Source: Bugula neritina
Lineage: Eukaryota; Animalia; Bryozoa
NCBI GenBank assembly: GCA_964035545.1
Contig: CAXIUT010000286.1
Span: forward strand, 1-36,876
Direction: 5' to 3'
Length of the DNA stretch: 36,876 nucleotides
The notes under the pieces were generated by a model. The model was not told the DNA's origin and did not search any database. It saw nothing but the letters and a program-made list of their open reading frames with translations. A program made the position numbers and the translations under genes. Below, piece after piece: positions 11,745 through 23,774 of the stretch. Every line of letters begins with the position of its first letter. Within the stretch, counting starts at the first letter, position 1.

Positions 11745-14700
11745 TCAATTGACTTTTTCTATGATAATAACATTGCTGTGAACTTATTTTTATGCTCCAA
11801 AAGAATTATTTTGTTGTTCAATTGATTCAGAAGTGTTGACAGTGGCTGCTTTGTTCTTCTTGAGACAGTAAACTACTACAATGATTACGACAACTAAATT
11901 ATCAAAAATGTACCCAGACGACTACGCCTACAGATATGCCTATGATCATGCCAATATTGGATGAAGATGAAGACGAAGACGCTTACTATCCTGTACTGAA
12001 TGGAACTGATGCTCCATCAACTGTGATTTCTATTCCACTAACTTGGTAGTCTGCTCCTGGGATTCCACTAGCAATTCCTGAGGCTAAATTGGCTGCATCA
12101 GCTGCAGGATCAGTTCCTCCAGTTTAGCCAGATCCAGTGATAACTGTTGATCCTTCTTAGAATGCTTCAAAAATGATGGCTTCAGTTTTTGTTGGATCGA
12201 GATTCATAAGTTGGAGAAGACCAGCTTTAATAACATCAACATTTGCTAGAATAGTGAGAATTTAGCCATTAACTGTGAATTTGAAAGTGAAATAATTGTT
12301 GTTCTGACATTTCCATATTCTTCTGAAGTAGCCTGAAACGCAAGAAGTACAGTAGTCAGGTGAGCCATAACAAGTAGCACAAGGTGCATTACAGGCAAGG
12401 CAGGTTCCTAAAGAATCTCCTTCCATTAGAGTGTAGCCAGTTACACAACCTGTACATACTCTTTCACTTTTACAAGAAGTACATTTAGCTAAACAGGCTG
12501 AACAAGTTCCTGAGTCTGTTCTATAATACCCATAAGCACAAATTGCGCATTTGAAAGCAGAGGGATATTGACATTGAAGGCAGTTAGCTGTCAACTCAGG
12601 ACATTATACACAAGTAGCCCCATCTGATTCTTGAAAAGATAATGTTTGAGACCTTGTCCACAGTCAAGACAAGACTTATCAGAGTTACAAGTAAGATCAA
12701 TAGTACATGTTCTGTATCATTGTTAAGAGTTGCTGCATTTGAACACTCAGTGCAGAAAGAAGAGTTAGTATCTGAACAATTAAGACATGGTAGTTGACAA
12801 TCTTGAATGCAAAGGCCAACATCATTGGGTTTGTAGCCAGAGACGCAAGTACCGCATTTGTTGGCATTACATTCCAGACACTTATCAGGACAAGTTTTAC
12901 ATTTACTATTCGAATCAAGGTAAAGACCTTTTGCACAGACTGTACATTATCTAATATCAGCTGGATTACAGTCAGTACAATCAAGAGAACATCCTCTGCA
13001 GGCTCCATTAACCAAAGTAAAACCTTTATTACAGACAAAACAAGTATTTGCATCATTGCATTAGAAACAGTCTTGTGAACAGGGCAAACATGTTGTATTA
13101 GAGCTATTAGTACTATTGGTACTATTGGTACTATTGGTACTATTGGTACTATTGGTACTATTGGTACTATTTGATAAATCTTTACTGAAGCCAGGATTGA
13201 AGTATCCTGGTTTGCAGGTTGTGCAAACATTTGATGCAAACATACATGAAATACAATTGTCGCTACATGCCTTACAAGTTGTTTAACCAAAAGAATCATA
13301 AAACGACCCTTGAAAACAGCCATAACAAGAACCTGAAAAAATTAACATCCTGTACACCCTAATTTACACGGAATACAAGAGGATGTATCTGAATCATGAA
13401 CATATCCGTCTATACAGGAAGTACATTGGCAGGTATTACAGCCAGGAGGACATATAATTATTTTTCCATTTTAGATTTATGCTTTCAACTAGATAGAGTC
13501 ATCACTGTTGATCTTAGCTAGTTTACTGTTGAATTTATTAGACAGTCACTTGTCTTGTGTTTGGAGTTGAAGCGGTGAGGACAACTTCAGTAAAGATATA
13601 CAATTTTCCAGCACTAGTTGTTTGGAGAAATGATTTTACAAGCGTAGTGTCTTGGACAGTTATAATATATTTTTCTAAAGAAAGGATAGGAAATTAATTT
13701 TGAGAGATGAAGTAAACAGTTTATCTTTTTGAAACAGAAGTAAATGTATCTCTAAAATACCAAAAAGATTCTCCAAGATACACGAAAATATGTTCTATAA
13801 TCTCTGACAACTGAGACAGGGAAGGTGATAGTTAATTTAGTGCAGTCAGAATACTATAGATGCCATGAGATTTGCTTTAGTCTAAACTGTTCCATTAGAT
13901 AGAGTTTATTTTCCAAAGACACTACGACTTTTGTGAGTTAAGGAGAAAAATAAACTTTTGGTTGAGAAAGATAGTTAGTAAAAGACCAAGAAAGACATTC
14001 TTGAAGTGTTCCAGTATTGTCTTTGATAGATCGAACCCAAGCTGAGGTAGCATTGGTTCCAGAGATAACTATTTGAGTGCTATAACTATTTATTTTACTG
14101 CAGTGATTACAGGTGATGATGGAGTACCAAAAACAACAAAGTTACTTGTGGCTGAGTCGTATTTCCAGATAGTAGAAGCGGCATCTGTACTTAGGACATA
14201 GTTTATTTCAGAGTCTGTGTCTTAAATCACAAGGTTAGTTGGGAGAGTGACTTTTGTGTAAGTTCCGCTAGCAAGAAGGAAGATATGTTAGTCTATCCTT
14301 AACCTAGTACAATCTGAACTGATTTACCAGATAGTAGTACCACTAACTGTAATACTGTTAGTAGTAAAAAGATCTGTAATGACACTTTTAGACTCAAAAA
14401 TATTGGTTTGTGAGTTGTATCCTAGAACTTCGTATTTGGGAGTTACTTCTGTTATGATTTTACAGTTGGCCTCTTAGTACTGAACAGTCCATGTCTCTCC
14501 AGTTTTATCAAATTATTTCGTTTAGATATTATCAGTTGCACCTTATCTGTAGTTGACAAAGGTGAATTTAGTATTTGTTGCAGCTACATTTTGATAGGTC
14601 CAGAAGAAATCCTCAGTAGAAGTAGTGATTGCTCCAGCAGAAGTATCTGGTTCAACATATGAGATGAAGGATGTTACTGCTTTTACAGGTTTTCTTAAAG

Positions 14701-16046
14701 TATCAATATTTCCATAACTGTACTATTGTAAAAATCCAGAACCCAGAAAGACCAAAGCTTTACAAGTGATTGGAGATGAAACGTCAATAATTAATTCAAG
14801 AAAATCTAATAACTCTCCTTAAACAGCTGTATCTGTTCCATCAATATCTCTGATTTCTTAAGAAGACAACATTTTAAACAATGAATTGATAACACTATTT
14901 CTATTGGTTTTGAGTCAGGGAAATTACTGTCATAGTTCGTAGCATTGCTGATACAGATGAAGTTATCACTTAAAGTCAATAGCTGATAAGGGGTCAATTC
15001 CTTAGAAAGTGGCAACAAAGCGATCACCATCAGTTCCCCAGTTCAAGGCAGTAACTTTATCATTGGTATAGGTCAATGTGATAAGCATGGGGTATATTTT
15101 TGCTATCAGCTGCTGAATAGCTTGACCACCCACATTTACTCATTTCAGGTGAAGCAAACACAACGATTTTACTTTCAGAGTTAGTCAATGATAGTTCAGT
15201 TTGTCCAGTTAGACTGACAGTCTTCAAGACTTTGATGGCACTTGTTTCATATTCAAGGATGAATACATCAAGGCTAGTTGCAAAGGTTCCAGAAGTGGTG
15301 GTTGATTCTACTGAAGTAGTTCCTTGGACTATCAATTTATCTCCATTGTTTAGAATTTTGTAAAATGCATGAGTTCCCAAGGAGTGGACTTCAATATATG
15401 AGCTAGCTAGGTCGTATCTGTAGAGTTTGTTGTCAGAGATCAAGTAAAATAGGTCTGGAGAATAGGCTACAGGTGTAAATGGAGTAGGAACTGTCACTGT
15501 AGAAGATGTAGTCCAATCAGCACTACCTTTGTGAATAACAGTAGTTGAGGATTCAGTGAAAGAAACTAGCATGCAATCAGCTGAGACCTCTATGGCTGTT
15601 TGCATCTAAGCCACAGTTAAAGTAACTGTAGAGGTTAAGTTGGCTTGTGGAATTTATCCGAGTTTTGTGAAAGTTTCTGCTACCTTATCAGATTTGAGAA
15701 GTGCAATCGTTTTAGCAGTCTCTTCAAAGAAGACATTGCAGGAATAACTTTCCTTAGAACTTTCAACATAGGCCCATGATCCAGTTAGTGTAACTTATGG
15801 TAAAAGGTTTATTGCATTGAATTTACTGCTATTAAAATAGTAAAGTTTTATTTTTGTTTCCGAGGTAAGCCTTTATACACTAAAAGACTAAAGCTTTCTG
15901 TTATAGATAAGTTTGTTATCAGAAATTGATTTTTAGAAAAATTGACTTGTACCTATTTGTATTGCAGGTACAGCCTCATAGGTTGTTGCACTTAGAGTAA
16001 GTTGGAGGCATGTGAGTAACAATAGACAGGTTAGAAGTGCCTTCAT
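11745..16046 (-). CDS. Large type-I membrane surface protein, copy A (signal peptide, Thr/Ser-rich beta region, CxxC furin-like Cys repeats, TM helix, short tail); 20-nt intron 11894-11913; ~4 single-base indels
   Basis: MKALLTCLLLLTCLQLTLSA signal; CxxC repeats at about 12300-13450; TM segment NIGMIIGISVGVV..VVVIIVVVYCLKK; collinear with copy B. Frame breaks near 11918, 12637, 13340 and 13536 (sequence error or pseudogene). Confidence 0.85.
13104..13171 (-). repeat. Coding 9-bp tandem repeat (AATAGTACC)x7 encoding (Asn-Ser-Thr)7
   Basis: Seen directly; absent at the equivalent site of copy B. Confidence 0.95.
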
Positions 16047-16052
16047 TTTTGT

Positions 16053-16790
16053 TGAGCTAAGTAATTAATATAAATAAAAAATCAATGGACGTATTTAAAT
16101 CTTTGTTTAAACATCAATAAATCTCTATTTTCTGGTTATATGACGTCACCACAGTCCAAAAATCATCTTTACGCTGAGATAATGAAAAATTAACATGATT
16201 GAAAGCTCTTCTTGAGATCTTCTTCTCTCAGCTTTGACAGTATTTGAATGCGAAATACAATTTTTCCTCATGTCTATCATTTTGGATGATTGTCACTTTT
16301 TAGTCTCAAGCAATCATTGTCTTTCTTTTCCCTTGCTTTTTTTGATATTTTTAATCATTTTCAATTTGATTGTTCAAATCTGGGTGAAAGATGATTGGCA
16401 TCTTCGTCATCATTGATAAAGCGATTTGATCAGTCGGGACTACTTTATAGAAGACTTAAGGTCTAAGGCTTGCCTTTCGAGTCATTCCTTTGTTGTCTAA
16501 ACTTCTCCTTCTCTCTTGCTCAGGACACCTTTCCCTTTTATAAGTGATGTTAATAAGTTACATTCATAAATAAAAGTTCAAAAAGGTGATAAAATTTAAT
16601 CATCTTCAAATATTTAATTAAATTCATCCCCAAACATCATCAATATCAAATAAAATCAATTTTTTTTCTTTCGAATTTAGTATCTTTTGCTTTTTATTTT
16701 TTTCTGTCAAATTATCTCCTTTTTTGATGATTCTTTTCTTCTTCCTAAAGTAAATTTATCTTTAAACAGTTTTCTTTGAATAATCGATTA
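16053..16790. repeat. Duplicated non-coding upstream block, copy A
   Basis: Aligns by eye with 22378-23130; similarity is strong for about 500 bp and then decays. Confidence 0.85.
16129..16148. promoter_or_regulatory. Candidate cis-element TTTCTGGTTATATGACGTCA containing a CRE-like palindrome, ~95 bp upstream of the copy A ATG
   Basis: Identical 20-mer at the same distance upstream of copy B; function is inferred only. Confidence 0.45.
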
Positions 16791-17225
16791 ATATTATTGA
16801 TTTTTTGAGTTATTTTTATGCATATTGCCTCTGATGAGACCAAAGTAAAGTCCATATTTTAACTTAGACTTGATCTCTGAAGTTAAAAGACTAATTTTAT
16901 GATTGAAAATCAAGTAAATTAAAACTTCTCCTTATTTTTCTAGTCTAATTTTATGTATTATTTCAAGCCTATTTAACCTTACTTCAGATCAATCCCCTGT
17001 TCTATATTATATTTAATTCTAGGTATAAATAAATGCTTCAGGAATAGTTCTATCTTATTTTTAGTTCAGGAAGTTAGAATTTTATCTGATAAATTATCTG
17101 ATCTTTGTTTTTTTTTTGGAAAAATAGATAGTTCAGATATTTCGAACACTTTCTTCTAAAAGGTTACACTAGATAAAGTTGAATTAAATGGTCTGAACCA
17201 TGCTTATTGCCTTGGATGCAACTCA

Positions 17226-17727
17226 ATGAATGATTTATTGGATATTTATTTTAATCATTAGAATTAAATAAAAACAATGTAGTCTCTAGAAATAAGACCA
17301 TAACAAATAATAATAAATCAACTCAGTATTCAAATATTGATAACTTCTATCACATATAAATTTTAATAGAAAGTAACTAAAACATATAGTAAAAATATAA
17401 ACAAACTCCTTTTTAATAACTACGTATCTCACCTAACTCAATAAAAGGTAGAGACAGTAACCAAGTCAATAAAGATATCATCAATAATGCTAAATACTTT
17501 ACATTCCTAGCTGAAATAGAGAAGAATGAAAACTATTGATAATAGTGAAATCATATAAAAATAAAAAATCAAGGAGAATAAAGTCAAGTTCAAAGTTAAT
17601 TCGGGTTGAAGCTGAGTCAAGGATAAATATCTTAGTTGTAAAATTTTATACAGTTCTTATGGAATCATTATCAGCTTATTACCAAAATCTTGGTTAATTT
17701 AGATAAACCAGGAAGATGTAAGACTGA
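17226..17727 (+). CDS. Possible hypothetical protein or relic ORF
   Basis: 127 TGA-free codons from ATG 17226; continuation needs a frameshift or TGA read-through; no motif. Confidence 0.2.
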
Positions 17728-18184
17728 TATATCAACAGCAGTATATATAATCTGTTCAGATCGTTTCTAATTTCTAAAGATAATCTTGAACCAACTCGAA
17801 ATCATCGAAAGATTAGCAAATCATCAAAAAATCAATCAAATCGTTGTGCTCTCTAGAATATACTAGAACTTGAGTATCATATATTTGTCAGTTTATATCT
17901 TTTTCATGATAAACCAGACTCCAATCTAACCAATTTCCTTGGCTACTCCACAGCTGGGGGTTGCTTTTATCATACGTCTCCTGACTGACTAAGATCTCCA
18001 TTTATCATAGCAAACTATGTATATTTTCCGACAAATGGTTTATTAATCTATTAATGATATAAATGAGATATTGCTAACTTCTTGAAGAATATTATATGAA
18101 AAACAAATTGATGATATTATTCGTGATAAGATGACAATTAGTATCAAAATACTATTATTGAATAATGATTTTATGGATATGAGA

Positions 18185-21100
18185 TCAGCGGAATTTGTTT
18201 CCAAGAGCATCATTGTGAACTTGCTTTTCAGTGCCGAAAGATATCTCGTTTTTGGTAGGTTATTCAGAAGAACTGACTGGCTTAGATTGATTTTTCTTTA
18301 TACAATAAACAATGATCACAATTGTAGCAGCTAAATAACAAAAAAAATACCTAAAGCGACAAAACCAACGACTATGCCAACAATCAAGCCTACGTTAGAT
18401 GAATCATCATCAGTTGAACTAGATTATCCGAAAGCAGTGACTTATACTCCAGAAACTGAGTAAGCTGTTCCTGGGATTCCTCCATCACTGAGTGCAGTAG
18501 CTAGAGTAGCGGCATCAGTTGAAGAGGAGGTGCTTCCAGTTTAGACTGATCCAGTTATAATAGTCGATCCGTCTAAGATAGTTTCTAAGACAACAGCTTC
18601 AACTTCTATTGTGGTAATGTTGAAAATTTAAAGAATACCTGCTACGATATTATCGACATCAGCTAAAATGGCTACAGATGTAACATTAACTAAAGTAAAT
18701 TTGAATCCAACATAAAATTGGTTCTGGCATTTCCATTGTCTTCTGACATGTCCTCCAACACAGGAAGTACAGTAGTTAGGTGAGCCTTAGCAAGTAGCAC
18801 AAGGTGCAATACAAGCCAGACAGGCTCCTTCAGTTTTTCCTTCCATAATAGTATAACCAGGGATACAACCTTTACAAACTAAATTACTTTTACATGAAGA
18901 ACATTGACTCATACAGGCTGAACAAGTGCCTTCAGCTGTTATGTAATATCCTTAAGAACAAATTGAACATTTGAAAGTTGAAGTAGCTTAACATTGAACA
19001 CAGTTCAATAGTTCAGGACATTGTTCACAAGTAGCTCCAGCTGAGGCCGTTTTAAGATATTTATTAAGAGCCTATCCACAATCAATGCAAGAGCTATCAG
19101 CGCTACAAGTATTATTGAGATCACAAGTTCCTGCTCCTGCGTTAAGAGTTGCTGCAAATTAGCAACTAGTGCAGAAAGAAGGGTTTGAATCTGAACAGGT
19201 AATACATGGTAATTTGCATTCTTGAACACAAGTACCAGCATCATTTGGTTTATAACCTGCGATGCAAGTCGCACATTGATTGGAATTGCACTATAGACAG
19301 TTACTTGGGCAAGTTTGACATTGACTGTTAGAGTCAATGTAAAGACCTTTAGCACAAGCAGTGCATTATGTAATATTATCTGGATTGCAGTCAGAACAAC
19401 CAAGAGAACATCCTCTGCATACTCCACTAACTTAGATAAAACCTTTGCGGCAAACTGTGCAGGTATTGGCATCAGTACAGCTGAAACAATTTCTTGGACA
19501 GGCATCGCAATTAGGACTATTGAAGAAGAATCCTGGTTGACAAGCAGTGCAAGCAGTAGCTGATACCGAACAGGAATAACAAGTTTCATTACAATCCAAG
19601 CATTCCGTTCCAGAAAGATAAGCTCCATTGACACAGGCAGAGCAAACACTAGGAGAGTCAGCAGTACATGCTGAACATTTAGGAGAACATGGGACACAAG
19701 ATGAGGTATCTGCGTCATGAGCATATCCTGCTAGACAGGCAATACAGTCACAAGTAGTACAACCAGGAGAACAAATAGTCAGAAGAGGATAATTTTATAT
19801 TTTGAGATACTTTGTATCATCATTATTAATGCTAGAAAGCTGAGAATTTAACAATTGATTTTAAACTTGTCTTGTGTTTGGAGTGGCAGTGGTAAGAAGA
19901 GTTTAAGTCAATAACATATCAGAACCTAGAGTTTTGTAGACTATTGTTTTAACCCAAGTAGTGTCTGCTACTGTTTGAATAGTGTCTTTCAAAGCAATTT
20001 GAGGAATCGTATTAAAATCTATTTCATAGGTAGTTTAGTATGCAGGTGATCCAGCTGTATCTCTAAAGTACCAAAAGTTGTCTCCAATATCGAAGAAGAT
20101 ATTATCTATATCTCTGATTACTTCTATAGGGAAGGGGATGATATTGTTGGTGCAATCATTGGAGTTCAGATTCCATGAATTAGCTTTTGGGCCTGATGTA
20201 ACTTTTCCAAGAACGACAACTTTTGTGAGAAGAGAAGATATTTTAATCAATGGCACAGCAGTATAAGTATTATATTACCAAGTAAGACATTCTTGAAGTG
20301 TTCCAGCATTGTCTTTGATTGATCGAACCCAAGCTGAAGTAGCATTGGTTCCAGAGATAACTATTTGAGTGCTATAACTATATATTTTACTGCCAGTGAG
20401 AACAGGTGATGATGGAGTACCAAAAATAACAAAGTTACTTGTGGCTGAGTCGTATTTCCAGATAGTAGAATTGGCATCTGTACTTAGGACATAGTTTATT
20501 TCAGAGTCTGTATCTTAAATCGTTAGGTTAGCTGGAAGGGTGACTTTTGTGTAAGTTCCATTAGCAAGAAGGAAAATATGTTAGTCTATCCTCAACCTGG
20601 TACAATCTGAACTGATCTACCAGATAGTAGTACCACTAACTGTAATACTGTTAGTAGTAAAAAGATCTGTAATGACACTTTTAGACTCAAAAATATTTGT
20701 CTGTGAGTTGTATCCAAGAACTTCGTATTTGGGAGTGGCTTCTGTTATGATTTTACAGTTGGCCTCTTAGTACTGAACAGTCCATGTCTCTCCAGTAATA
20801 TCAAATTATTTCGTTTAGATATTGTTAGTAGCGCCTTATCTGTAGTTGACAAAGGTGAATTTAGTATTTGTTGCAGCTACATTTTGGTAGGTCCAGAAGA
20901 AATCCTCAGTAGAAGTAGTGATAGCTCCAGCAGAAGTATCTGGTTCAACATAGGAGATGAAGAATGGAAGCACAACTTTTACTGGTTTTCTAAAGGCAGC
21001 CATGTTTCCATATTTGTAAGCTGCAACATCATAAGCAGGGAGAGTGCCTTCTCTAAGAACAAGAACGAAACATTTGTCTTTAAAGGTGTTGTCGATAATC

Positions 21101-22371
21101 AATGCAACAAATTTTGGAAATAATGCAACTTGACCTGGAGTACCGGCATCAATAATTCTGGCTCTTAAAAAGACAACATCAGAACCTATGAACTGATAAC
21201 ATTATTCAGCGGGTACATTTGTAACATTTCCTGAGTTATATGTAGTAGTATTGCTGAGACAGATGAAGTTATCATTGAAGTCAATAGCTGTAGAAGAGTC
21301 AATTCCTTAGAAAGTGGCAACGAAGCGATCACCATCAGTCCCCCAGTTCAAGGTAGTAACTTTATCATTGACATAGTCAATGTGATAAGCATAGGGTATG
21401 CTTTTGCTATCGGCTGCTGAATAACTTGACCATCCACATTTACTCATTTAAGGTGAAGCAAACACAACGATTTTACTTTCAAAGTTAGTCAATGATAGTT
21501 CAGTTTGTCCAGTTAGACTGACAGTCATCAAGACTTTAACGAGGTTTCCAGAGGTGTGAGTTTCATATTCAATCATGAATACATCAAGGCTAGTTGCAAA
21601 GGTTCCAGAAGTGGTGGTTGACTCTACTGAAGTCGTTCCTTGTACTACCACTTTATCTCCATTGTTCAGAATCCTGTAAAATGCATGAGTTCCCAAGGAG
21701 TGGACTTCTACATATGAGCTAGCTTGGTCGTATCTGTAGAGTTTGTTGTCAGAGATCAAGTAAAATAGGTCTGGAGAATAGGCTACAGGTGTAAATGGAG
21801 TAGGAACTGTCACTGCAGAAGATGTAGTCCAATCAGCACTACCTTTATGGATAACAGTAGTTGAGGATTCGGTGAAGGAAACTAGCATGCAATCAGCTGA
21901 GACTTCTATGGCTGTTTGCATTTAGGTCACAGTTAAAGTAGCTGTAGAGGTAAAGTTGGCTTGTGGAATTTATCCGAGTTTTGTGAAAGTTTTTGCCACA
22001 CTGTCATATTTGAGAAGTGCAATCGTTTTAGCAGTCTCTTCAAAGAAGACATTGCAAGAGAAACTTTCCTTAGAACTTTCAACATAGGCCCATGTTAAAG
22101 GTAGACTAACTGCTGCATAGGCTTTCTGATTTCCAGATTCAGCTCTATCAAACACTTTAAGGACGACTTAAGTTGTAACAGGACCAGAGCCTGCAGTTAT
22201 TTCAATAGATTAGAGTTTTCTGTTGTAGATGAGTGTATCTCCCACTGTTGATTTTGAAAGAGATAATAGAGAGGCTGTTTCGGTAATAGCAGGTGCAGTT
22301 TCATAGGTTGTAGCACTAAAGGTCAGGTGAAGAGCAGATAGTAGCAACAAACAGGTCAGAAGTGCCTTCAT
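18185..22371 (-). CDS. Large type-I membrane Cys-rich surface protein, copy B (~1388 aa); 20-nt intron 18331-18350
   Basis: MKALLTCLLLLSALHLTFSA signal; CxxC repeats at about 18730-19780; TM segment NVGLIVGIVVGFVALAATIVIIVYCIKK; spliced length is divisible by 3. Confidence 0.88.
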
Positions 22372-22377
22372 TTTTTA

Positions 22378-23130
22378 TTTAACTAAGTAATTAATATAAC
22401 TAAATATGGTTTTTTGAAGCAATTAAATCTTTATCTAAACATCATCATATCTCTAATTTCTGGTTATATGACGTCAGTTCACGCCATTTCAATATAAAAT
22501 TATCTTTATGCTCAAATAGTCAAAACTTCTCATGATTTAAAGCTCTTCTTGAGATCTTCTCTCAGCTGTGAAACATTTGTATAAATATATTTTTCTTATA
22601 TGCCTATCTTGTTGGATGATTATCACTTTTTTAGCCTCAAAAAATCATGGTCTTTATTTTCCCTTGTTTTTATCGTATTTTTAACAATTTTAGATTTAAT
22701 TGTTTAAATCTAGGTGAAAAATGATCGGCATCTTCGTCATCATTGATAAAGTGATTTGATAAGTCGGGACTCCTTCATAGAAGACTTAAGGTCTTAGGCT
22801 TGAATTTTGAATCATTCCTTTGCTGTCTATATTTTTCCTTCTTTCTTGCTCAGGACATCTTTATTGTTGATAAGTTACATCCATTAATAAAATCAGAGCT
22901 TACAAAGTTAAAAATAAAAATAATCAAAACATAGATTAAATTTAAATGATTCATAAAACATCATGAATATAAAGTAAAAAATGTTTTCTTGGTCTTTTAA
23001 TTATTTTAAATATAACTTTCTTGCTCTTTTAGCTTTTTTTTGTTATTTTTGTTTGTTTGTTTTTTCTATTTTTTCTCTTTTTTTTGCCTTTTTATGAATC
23101 AATCTTTAAATAGGTTCTTTTAATAATCCC
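22378..23130. repeat. Duplicated non-coding upstream block, copy B
   Basis: Shares islands such as AAAGCTCTTCTTGAGATCTTCT, GGCATCTTCGTCATCATTGATAAAG and ATAGAAGACTTAAGGTCT with 16053-16790. Confidence 0.85.
22457..22476. promoter_or_regulatory. Candidate cis-element with TGACGTCA, ~98 bp upstream of the copy B ATG
   Basis: Identical to 16129-16148. Confidence 0.45.
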
Positions 23131-23774
23131 TTGATATATATTTTTTGACTTTCTGATGATAACAGATGATAGTCGCAAAAACATAATCCTCATTTTATCC
23201 TGAAATTAAAGAAAGATATCAGAACAATGTTATTTACGACTTTAGCAATATTTTTTTCCTGAACCAAACACTTTAAGAAGAAGTTTTTGGTACTTAATGT
23301 ATCAATAATGTCATCATTATCTTCATCTTTATGGATATTTAGCCTTATTTCTATTCTTTTTATTCACAACTTTTAAAGATAGCATCATGGTTTCTGATCA
23401 AGAGATTCCAAGGAGCCTTCTCAGATGGATTTATTTCTTTACTTATTAATCAATAAAATCAAAATAATCAATTAACATCATTTATCATCTTTCTAATAGC
23501 TTATAAAAAATTATTTTGATCATTTCATGTTTTGGTTATTTACTTTTCTCTAAGATTCATGATAAAAATCATTTTTTTCGAACTATTAGGAATATCACTC
23601 ATAGAACTGAATCCATCTAAATCATCTGAATATTGGTATAAAATGATTTGATATGTCTTTTGAAATAACTGATTAGTAATTGATAAAATAAAATTGTTCT
23701 TTTTATGATAATATTGATGATAAAGTTTTTGTTGATTGATATATATTGTAATTTATTAACAATCTTCATCATTT

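Noticed and set aside
13104-13171. Tandem repeats as a CRISPR array or mobile-element signature
   Set aside because: No spacers, eukaryotic coding context; no transposase, terminal repeats or RNA genes were recognised anywhere in the window.
16200-16540. Minus-strand frame KE*LERQA...SLYQ**RRC shared by both duplicated upstream blocks, as a possible UGA-Trp gene
   Set aside because: Substitutions show no codon periodicity, and indels between the copies break the frame.
17607-17910. Run of in-frame TGA-A/G codons ending at a TGA-T in the 17226 frame
   Set aside because: Compatible with chance, and an alternative frameshifted reading is equally plausible; no homologue to anchor it.
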